Notes under the pieces: generated by a model | Database searches by the model: none | Told to the model about the DNA's origin: nothing | What the model saw: only the letters and a program-made list of their open reading frames with translations | Origin: a virus | Direction: 5' to 3' (one strand) | DNA length: 64,000 nt | Virus record (IMG/VR): IMGVR_UViG_3300008107_000046 | Span: 10,722-74,721 of that record | Position numbers and translations under genes: made by a program | Shown here: positions 57,284 through 64,000 of the stretch, one piece after another | Numbering within the stretch: the first letter of the stretch is position 1 | How the letters are laid out: each line of letters begins with the position of its first letter

Positions 57284-57517
57284 ATGAAGTATCTCTACAT
57301 TGTTGACTACTGGGTTCCTTTTCCTTCTTCCGAATACGGTGGTGTTGTAACCGTAATCGCTCAAGATGATAATGAGTGTCATGATCTTCTCTTGGATTGG
57401 CGAGATGAATATGAAAATACCCATGATTCTCGTATTATGGAGCGTGTAGTCAACGCTAACAAATTTGCTCTTCTTGATGAAGAGGAATCCCGAATTGTTG
57501 ATTCTTTTACTACCTGA
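57284..57517 (+). CDS. Conserved cyanophage hypothetical protein
   Basis: 'YIVDYWVPFPSSEYGG'. Confidence 0.65.
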   Translation: MKYLYIVDYWVPFPSSEYGGVVTVIAQDDNECHDLLLDWRDEYENTHDSRIMERVVNANKFALLDEEESRIVDSFTT

Positions 57518-57518
57518 T

Positions 57519-57716
57519 ATGGGACTTAATACTGAAATCATGCGCGAAGCATGTATTAATCACATCGAAGAGTTTTTTTGTAATCAAGTTCTTAATCAAA
57601 TGGATCGGGGAAACCTTCTTAATGCCCAGTCTCTCCATGAAGAATTTGTTGTTAATGGTGAAGATGTTGCTAAGGAATGGATGTTTCTTAATGATCTGAC
57701 TGAGTATGAACTTTGA
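57519..57716 (+). CDS. Hypothetical protein
   Basis: ATG at 57519, immediately after the previous stop. Confidence 0.5.
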   Translation: MGLNTEIMREACINHIEEFFCNQVLNQMDRGNLLNAQSLHEEFVVNGEDVAKEWMFLNDLTEYEL

Positions 57717-57862
57717 GGAGGGTAAATTTGTAGAGTACAAGGGTTTTGTTGGTGAAATCTCTTTTGTAGATAGTAATTATCTATCAATTGCTAGACCATC
57801 TGTAATTGGAAACCCTTGGCCAATAACTGTTGTTGTCCATCGTAGCGAATTTTATCTTATCA

Positions 57863-58021
57863 ATGAAGTATCAAGTGATCTATAAAGAACCTAAGTCTAA
57901 AAAAGGTTTCTATTATGAACAAAAAGCAACCTTTTTAGATATTAGTGATGCCATGTTTTGGCACGAACATATTAAAAAACAAGGTGCTATAGATATAGAA
58001 GTAATCCCTGTATTTTCATGA
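57863..58021 (+). CDS. Hypothetical protein
   Basis: ATG at 57863; ATGA overlap with the next gene. Confidence 0.5.
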   Translation: MKYQVIYKEPKSKKGFYYEQKATFLDISDAMFWHEHIKKQGAIDIEVIPVFS

Positions 58022-58437
58022 CTGTACCATTAACAATGAAACCCTTTGATTATTATGATATTTCAAAGGTAGTTCAACCAGATATCAAAGATTACATGAC
58101 AACTTATGTTTATGATAAAGGTCAACTGTTAGCAACGATTACTCCAGGTACTACTATTGAACAGGTTTTGACTGATAATAACATAAAACTTTCTACTACT
58201 GCAATAAAGCAGCAAATTTTGGATACTGAAAAGTATGAACTTGACATGAAAAATTATAAAGATCAAATTTCAACCATGGCAAAAGAACTTGGTTTTGATT
58301 TGTTCAAAGAGTTCGGTGTTGAAGATAATCCAAAAAAAGATAGGTGCTATAGTCTTGCTTATAAATTTGGTGGTCAATATGGTCCTCAAGGAGTTTATGA
58401 TTGTTTTGAAAAGTTGGTGACTTTAATTAAAGATTGA
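58018..58437 (+). CDS. Hypothetical protein
   Basis: 139-aa ORF. Confidence 0.55.
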   Translation: MTVPLTMKPFDYYDISKVVQPDIKDYMTTYVYDKGQLLATITPGTTIEQVLTDNNIKLSTTAIKQQILDTEKYELDMKNYKDQISTMAKELGFDLFKEFGVEDNPKKDRCYSLAYKFGGQYGPQGVYDCFEKLVTLIKD

Positions 58438-58961
58438 TGCATAAAATTAATGTAAGATCAGATAATACTGAAATCTTTATATTTAATCATCCCTGTCCAG
58501 AAGAACTTAATGTTCAACTGGAGAGGGACATTCGTATTTGTGGTGATCAACAAAATAAAAGCACTAATGTAAAAGCACTAATGACACATTGGGATATGTT
58601 CAATCATAGTGATGCATTTAATAATCTTCTTGATTGGATTACGGAATGTTTTGGGCAATGTGATTTACTATCTTTTAAGCGTCAGACAGAATATAAATTA
58701 AATTCATTGTGGGGGATGATCTATAAAAAAGGTGAACATGCAAGACCTCATGATCATCTACCATCTTATTTCAGTTTTGTATATTTTGTTAAAGTTGATG
58801 AGACATCATCACCACTTATATTTGAAGCAAGTAGTACCTACATTAAACCAGAACCTGGAAAGATTGTATTATTCCCATCACATTTAAAACACTATGTACC
58901 AGAACAAACTAGTGATTGTGAGCGTATAACTATTGCAGGAAACATAATTGCGACAGAATAA
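58437..58961 (+). CDS. 2OG-Fe(II) oxygenase (TIGR02466-like)
   Basis: 'WG..Y.KG....PHDH....FSFVYFV...PEPG..VLFPS.L.H.V....RI.IAGN'. Confidence 0.85.
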   Translation: MHKINVRSDNTEIFIFNHPCPEELNVQLERDIRICGDQQNKSTNVKALMTHWDMFNHSDAFNNLLDWITECFGQCDLLSFKRQTEYKLNSLWGMIYKKGEHARPHDHLPSYFSFVYFVKVDETSSPLIFEASSTYIKPEPGKIVLFPSHLKHYVPEQTSDCERITIAGNIIATE

Positions 58962-58962
58962 T

Positions 58963-59136
58963 ATGGACAGTACTATTCAAACAGCAGGAACTTTTGATGG
59001 GGAATATTATTCTCTTATCATTGGATTTAGAAAAAGTGATCATGCAATTACTTTAGATGGACTTTCTAAAGGTGACATGTTAGAATTAAAATCTTGTATT
59101 GATTGTATGCTACTTGGGGAGGAAGATTGTGAGTAA
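58963..59136 (+). CDS. Hypothetical protein
   Basis: Short ORF between two oxygenase genes. Confidence 0.5.
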   Translation: MDSTIQTAGTFDGEYYSLIIGFRKSDHAITLDGLSKGDMLELKSCIDCMLLGEEDCE

Positions 59137-59932
59137 TATATTGAAATATGGATTTATTGATACTTTAACTAAAGAAGAAGTTGAAAAGGTAAGTGGACTA
59201 GTTGATTTGTTCCATGAATACTGGGTTCACCGTGGTTTCTATTGTCCAGAAACTGGATTTGCAGTCAATGTAGATACTCCAATAGATTTTTATACTATTG
59301 GTGGAGTTACATATATTGATGGACTTGCTGGACTAGATGGGTATTATAATTATTCAAAAGCAGTCAATCCAACCTTAAAGGAGTACTTTGGTTGGTTATA
59401 CGATATTGTTTTTGATAAATTAGAAAAAGAAATAGGTCCATGTGAGTTAATTGATGAATTGGCACATCCTGGATTTCATATATTTGGTCATCAACCAGGA
59501 CGACACACATATTCTCATACGATACAATATGTAACACGTCCTTTAGCAACAATTCATTATGATCTACAACAAAATAAACATTTAAAAATTTGGGAACAAT
59601 TTAAAGAATGTGATCTTGAAAATTGTTTGTCATTTACATTGTGCATTGAAATTCCTACTTCTGGTGGTGGATTGAATACTTGGTATGAACCATCTTTGAA
59701 ACAGTATGAACCAAGAAATCCTTATACCCTTGAAGTAAGAAACATGGATTATGAGGATTTGGGGTCACCCACTGCAGTAGTTCAATATCAACAAGGAAAA
59801 ATGTTTTATTTTATTGGGAAACTTTTACATCAGATGGCACCAGCAGCACAATCTTTGTCCAGTAAAGAACGTAGGATTACATTGCAAGGTCATGGTGTGA
59901 AATGTGATGGTGTGTGGAAAATATATTTTTAA
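59129..59932 (+). CDS. Putative 2OG-Fe(II) oxygenase
   Basis: 'PGFHIF', 'IHYD', 'SFTL.I..P..GGGL', 'HQ.A', 'RITLQGHG'; GTG start after GGAGG. Confidence 0.7.
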   Translation: MSNILKYGFIDTLTKEEVEKVSGLVDLFHEYWVHRGFYCPETGFAVNVDTPIDFYTIGGVTYIDGLAGLDGYYNYSKAVNPTLKEYFGWLYDIVFDKLEKEIGPCELIDELAHPGFHIFGHQPGRHTYSHTIQYVTRPLATIHYDLQQNKHLKIWEQFKECDLENCLSFTLCIEIPTSGGGLNTWYEPSLKQYEPRNPYTLEVRNMDYEDLGSPTAVVQYQQGKMFYFIGKLLHQMAPAAQSLSSKERRITLQGHGVKCDGVWKIYF

Positions 59933-59935
59933 AAT

Positions 59936-60907
59936 ATGAACAAAAGTATAAGATTTATTGATAATTTTTATTACTATGATGATGGTGGATGGGGACAAAG
60001 AATTTATTCTTTAGAACAAGCGTATTATATTGGATATAAAATGAATTTTGAATATAATATACTTGTACAAACTCCTCATTGGCCAGAGTTACATTTTTTG
60101 GATATTCCAAAAGTAACTGGTATAGAATGTGATGATATTCAAGAGTTTATAAAAACATCAAATGGTGAAAAAGCATCATACTTGAACTCTGAATTGATGA
60201 ATGATGTCTTAATGAATGGTAAACATAATATTTTAAGACAAAGTAATCATTGGTATTTTGACGAGTGGATAGAAGAAACTAAAGATCTTGTAAAAGAAAC
60301 ATTCTTCATTAAGAAAGTAAAGTTTAAAGATCCAAAAATTGAAGAATATCTAAAAAACAACTTTAAAGATGTAGTTGGGTTTCATTTAAGAAGAAAATAC
60401 TGGGTAAAAGTTGAAGAAAAGGATCTTGAAACTTTACCAGAACATTTAAGAGAAAAATACTGGAAAGAAACCGAGAAGTATAGAGATACACCTGTTGATC
60501 AATACTTGTTTATACCAGATCATCAATACTTTAAAGTTTTAGACAAAATCGTTGAGAGAAACAAAAAGCAAAAAATTTTTATCTCTTCTGATATTTCTCC
60601 TGAATTCTATGCTCATTATTATGAAAAATATGACATAATCACTTATGAAAATTTTAAAAAAGAATTTAAAGAATTATTGAGTGAAACTGTTGACAAAGAA
60701 GTTGTTAATCGCTATCCTGATACTATAAATGCTTTATTTGATGCATTTGCGTTATCTTATTGTAAACTAATAGTTAATTCTCCTTCATGCTTTTCAATGT
60801 TTTCTTCTGATAGAAATGAAGTTCCAACTATTACAATAAAAAGAACTAATAAAAAATTTATAGTTTTTAATTATCCACATCACAAAGGTTTTTTACATAA
60901 TAATTGA
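59936..60907 (+). CDS. Fucosyltransferase-like (GT11/GT23-fold) glycosyltransferase
   Basis: 'GGWGQR', 'VGFHLRR', 'IFISSD', 'D.FALSYC..I..S.S.FS'. Confidence 0.65.
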   Translation: MNKSIRFIDNFYYYDDGGWGQRIYSLEQAYYIGYKMNFEYNILVQTPHWPELHFLDIPKVTGIECDDIQEFIKTSNGEKASYLNSELMNDVLMNGKHNILRQSNHWYFDEWIEETKDLVKETFFIKKVKFKDPKIEEYLKNNFKDVVGFHLRRKYWVKVEEKDLETLPEHLREKYWKETEKYRDTPVDQYLFIPDHQYFKVLDKIVERNKKQKIFISSDISPEFYAHYYEKYDIITYENFKKEFKELLSETVDKEVVNRYPDTINALFDAFALSYCKLIVNSPSCFSMFSSDRNEVPTITIKRTNKKFIVFNYPHHKGFLHNN

Positions 60908-60908
60908 C

Positions 60909-61136
60909 ATGAAACAGAAGAATTTATGGCGTTGGTGGGCAAAGGCGATTGGTGAAAAGGCAAGTAAGTGTGACAAGGAAAGTGACACTGTTGCAGTTAT
61001 TAGAACAATTATATTTTTAACATACTTGATTACTAACTGTTTTATTGTTGCTGGGGTAGTACGGCATTGGAACGATGACAATAAAATCGAAATTTTTATT
61101 GAAAATGTTCCAGTAAAAGAACAATCAATGATATGA
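60909..61136 (+). CDS. Small membrane protein
   Basis: 'WR.WAKA.GEK.....D.VA.IRT' followed by a TM segment. Confidence 0.6.
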   Translation: MKQKNLWRWWAKAIGEKASKCDKESDTVAVIRTIIFLTYLITNCFIVAGVVRHWNDDNKIEIFIENVPVKEQSMI

Positions 61137-61375
61137 AAGTTAAACTAATACATCCATTAATTGGTCAATGTGTTATAGTTAATAATGTAATGTTTAGAAG
61201 GATATGGTCTGAATACAATGATATTATTTTGTGGGATAGATATGATGAAAAAAATGATGAATGGAAAAAAGTAAAAACTGATCATCAAAATAAATTAGAA
61301 TTAATTTATAATAAAAGTATTGAAGATAATTTAGAAGTTGAAATCAATAAAATCATAGAGTTTTTAGAAAATTGA
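61133..61375 (+). CDS. Hypothetical protein
   Basis: ATGA overlap. Confidence 0.5.
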   Translation: MKVKLIHPLIGQCVIVNNVMFRRIWSEYNDIILWDRYDEKNDEWKKVKTDHQNKLELIYNKSIEDNLEVEINKIIEFLEN

Positions 61376-61382
61376 GTGAGAA

Positions 61383-61440
61383 GTGGACGGATTTTAAACT
61401 GTCCACCACAGGATCTCATTGCTCCCACATGCCTTATACT
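61383..61440 (+). promoter_or_regulatory. Early-type promoter with palindromic element (copy 7)
   Basis: GTGGACGGAT-TTTA-AACTGTCCAC; TATACT at 61435-40. Confidence 0.7.
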
Positions 61441-61464
61441 AATTAAGTAATCGGAAACAACCCA

Positions 61465-61653
61465 ATGATTTCCTTCCCATCACGAGCACATCACGTTGCC
61501 TCTTTGTATGATGCTTGCAAGTTGATTGTTGACACTTATTGCAACACCGATTTGCTTGATGTTTATGAAGATCATAAACTTGGTGATGCCTACCAACTAC
61601 AAGCAACATGTCGTGAAATCGTGAACCTGATTGCTGAGGGAGAAATCAAATGA
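61465..61653 (+). CDS. Early hypothetical protein
   Basis: First ORF after promoter copy 7. Confidence 0.55.
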   Translation: MISFPSRAHHVASLYDACKLIVDTYCNTDLLDVYEDHKLGDAYQLQATCREIVNLIAEGEIK

Positions 61654-61959
61654 AACCTTACCCTCTTGGACTTGACAATCCCTATGTAATCCGTGGTATC
61701 ATTGGATCATCTCGTTGGGGATTGTATGATCGTGAAACCTATCAAAAAATTGCAGAATTTCCAAATGAATACGCTGCATATGATGCTCGTCGTGCAATTC
61801 TAAAATCTCAAGGTTATAATGCATGAAAAAATATATTATAATTTCTTTAAGTGTAATTGTTGCATTGAATGCTTTTATCATTTATCGTGATAAACAATTG
61901 TTTAAAGCATATGATGCATGTAATCAATCTATTAATCATCCAGATTGCCCATACAAAAA

Positions 61960-62550
61960 ATGACTATTTCACAAGGACTAGTTGAAACTGAACACGAAGA
62001 TCCTGGATTTGAGATTATTCATCTGTCATTCAGGAGACGAGAATCTTCCCACCTCTATGGTGGTCCCGTGTATTACTACATTGGCAACATCGTATTCCGT
62101 TTGACTAACGAGGATGCCAAAGGTCGCATGGAATATATCATGCAAGAGAACGAAAGAGTTCGTGTAGCACCAGACGAAGAACTTCATGACAAGTATTATG
62201 ATGGTCTTCACTTCAAGTTCAATACTGAAGAACGAGAAGAGGATGCTGTAGAAGATGAGGATGGACAGAAGTTCTATCCATTAGATATTATCAACAAACA
62301 TGGTATCAAAGATGAAGATGTATTCATCTGGGGATACCGTCGTAACATGGATCCTCTTCATGACTTCATTGAATACAATGAGAAGTTTGATTGTTACAGA
62401 ATGCACGAATACTTCCAAGACACCCCAGTAGTTCGTGGTATAATCCAGTATCTCCAAGACATGAAAGATGGTAAACCTAATCCAAGTCGCACGGTCTATC
62501 ATGAGCAGTTCCTCGCAACGCTCACAAACCTCTGCTGGTGGTGGGATTGA
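61960..62550 (+). CDS. Hypothetical acidic protein
   Basis: ATG at 61960; ends WWWD. Confidence 0.6.
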   Translation: MTISQGLVETEHEDPGFEIIHLSFRRRESSHLYGGPVYYYIGNIVFRLTNEDAKGRMEYIMQENERVRVAPDEELHDKYYDGLHFKFNTEEREEDAVEDEDGQKFYPLDIINKHGIKDEDVFIWGYRRNMDPLHDFIEYNEKFDCYRMHEYFQDTPVVRGIIQYLQDMKDGKPNPSRTVYHEQFLATLTNLCWWWD

Positions 62551-62732
62551 TGAAACCTAAAATCCGTGTCATCTTAGAAATGGCAATCGAAGAAGGTGTG
62601 CGTCGTGGTTATGCTCGGGCACACAAACATGTTGAAAATCCTAATGAAGGGTCAATCATTGCTCACATTGAGGAGCATGTGATGTCTTCTATCTACGAAT
62701 ACTTTACTTTTGATGAGGAAAATTATCAATGA
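62550..62732 (+). CDS. Hypothetical protein
   Basis: 'AIEEGV..G..RAHKH'; coupled start and stop. Confidence 0.6.
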   Translation: MKPKIRVILEMAIEEGVRRGYARAHKHVENPNEGSIIAHIEEHVMSSIYEYFTFDEENYQ

Positions 62733-63004
62733 GTTTTTCTAAGACTGTTTCTGTATTTGCTGCTCTCGCAAGTATTTTTGCTGCTGGTGCTGCTGGTTGG
62801 AAACTGGCAAATGAAAATCAACCACAACCAGTAGATCAACAGAAACAAGATGTTTCTGTTTTTGAGGAGAAAATCAATGAACTTGAAGAACAACTGAAAG
62901 AAGTTAAGGAGCAACCTAAACCTGAAACTGTAGTTGTTAAACAACCTGCTATTCTTCCTCCACTTCCTCCAGTTCCAGAACCTAAACCAGGAGAATTTGA
63001 ATAA
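62729..63004 (+). CDS. Membrane-anchored coiled-coil, Pro-rich protein
   Basis: N-terminal TM segment, coiled coil, Pro-rich tail. Confidence 0.55.
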   Translation: MSFSKTVSVFAALASIFAAGAAGWKLANENQPQPVDQQKQDVSVFEEKINELEEQLKEVKEQPKPETVVVKQPAILPPLPPVPEPKPGEFE

Positions 63005-63210
63005 TGTCTCTGATTGATACTCTTGAATATTTTATTGATGATGTTGGGCAACATTTAGAAGATCTTGCATGGGAAATTAGTGAAGAAACCAACTATGATG
63101 ATGAAGGACACCAAGAACGAATGGATGACTTCTGTGAGCAGTATGATGAACACAAAGAACGATTAGAAGATCTTAAAACCATTAAATCTATTATTGAGGC
63201 ACAACAATGA
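63004..63210 (+). CDS. Hypothetical protein
   Basis: Coupled ORF. Confidence 0.55.
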   Translation: MSLIDTLEYFIDDVGQHLEDLAWEISEETNYDDEGHQERMDDFCEQYDEHKERLEDLKTIKSIIEAQQ

Positions 63211-63404
63211 CTTACGACCAACTCTACGAGCATATTACCTTTTATGTTTCTCAAAAACTTGATGATAAGCGTAAAGCATGTTTGATTCTAGGTGCATTTA
63301 TGGAATTTAACCTTGATTGTCTTGATGAAGGTGTAGACCCTCGCACACTTGATTTGACTGGTTTTGTGAATGAAAAACTTGATGAATTGGAGGAAGTAAA
63401 ATGA
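63207..63404 (+). CDS. Hypothetical protein
   Basis: ATGA overlap, GAGG RBS. Confidence 0.55.
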   Translation: MTYDQLYEHITFYVSQKLDDKRKACLILGAFMEFNLDCLDEGVDPRTLDLTGFVNEKLDELEEVK

Positions 63405-63790
63405 GCGGCGGGCACTTTGGAGATTGTGGTTACGATTACTATAAGGTAGCACAGTTTGCTGATGAGTTGGAAGTAGAGATTGAGAATAATGGTAAGGAAA
63501 AGAATGAAGATCGTACTTATGGTTATGAATGGTATCCTAATCACGAACCAGAAGTAATTGAGTATCTAAAGAAACAAATTCCTATTCTCAATAAGATGTC
63601 AGAAATTATGCGTCATATTGATTATCTGTATTCAGGTGATCTTGGTGATGATACTTTTATGGAACGGGTTAAAGAAACAGAAGCAAAGTATAATGACCCT
63701 ATTCAGCAGATCTTAGATGATCCTGATGATAATTTGAATGAAAGGATCGCTGCTGCCCTTCAAGAAGCAATAGTAGAATATGACACTTGA
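63401..63790 (+). CDS. Conserved phage hypothetical protein
   Basis: 'MSGGHF...IDYLYSGD.G.D.F'; GGAGG RBS. Confidence 0.6.
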   Translation: MSGGHFGDCGYDYYKVAQFADELEVEIENNGKEKNEDRTYGYEWYPNHEPEVIEYLKKQIPILNKMSEIMRHIDYLYSGDLGDDTFMERVKETEAKYNDPIQQILDDPDDNLNERIAAALQEAIVEYDT

Positions 63791-63837
63791 ATAACTGGCA
63801 CAGGGCATCTCCACAGGTGCTCTTTTTGCTGTATAAT
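63780..63837 (+). promoter_or_regulatory. Early-type promoter with palindromic element (copy 8)
   Basis: ATGACACTT-GAAT-AACTGGCACA; hairpin GGGCATCT/AGGTGCTC; TATAAT at 63832-37. Confidence 0.72.
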
Positions 63838-63858
63838 GACTTCAGTTCAAACAAAGGG

Positions 63859-64000
63859 ATGACCACCATCACTCAAGAGCACTGGAACACACTCTACACC
63901 AAACTCTATGAGGCGTATGAAGAGTGCAGCAAAAACTATGATGAGACTTACCGACAAATGATCGGTCAAGTTCTGGATCACATGATCTACAACAAACCTT
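63859..64000 (+). CDS. Early hypothetical protein (3' end outside window)
   Basis: MTTITQEHWNTLY... open to the window end. Confidence 0.5.
   Translation, partial: MTTITQEHWNTLYTKLYEAYEECSKNYDETYRQMIGQVLDHMIYNKP

Noticed and set aside
16732-63837. Recurrent palindromes as CRISPR repeats or recombination (att/IS) sites
   Set aside because: They are dispersed and degenerate, have no spacer array, and always sit at a fixed distance from a -10 box. No cas, integrase or transposase gene is present.

Overview
A 64-kb segment of an AT-rich, T4-like cyanophage (myovirus) genome. Nearly all genes are on the + strand. 1-16.7 kb is a late baseplate/tail block (gp5-like hub, gp9/gp10-motif protein, 1961-aa fibre with an S74 chaperone). 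It is interleaved with cyanobacterial auxiliary genes (cp12, cpcT/cpeT), tRNA-Gly(TCC), tRNA-Thr(TGT) and a candidate sRNA. 16.8-26.9 kb holds an SF2 helicase, many 2OG-Fe(II) oxygenases, an RNA-repair set (Rnl1 plus a split Pnkp) and an RlpA-like protein. 27-39.8 kb is an uncharacterised tailoring-enzyme island: radical SAM enzymes, a methyltransferase, eight sulfotransferase-fold-like genes, a di-iron ferritin-like enzyme, and a carbamoyltransferase with an unannotated PFIY micro-ORF. 40-47 kb holds petF and a small tail-fibre module with hydroxylases. 47.8-64 kb is mostly early small ORFs, including a mini-pilin, GT11-like glycosyltransferases and a putative restriction-modification pair. 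Eight promoters share a palindromic upstream element. The strongest novelty candidates are the 2OG-Fe enzyme at 9401-10537, which has a halogenase-type HxG iron motif and a fused second domain, and the 29.5-39.8 kb island. All family calls come from reading motifs by eye; no database searches were run.
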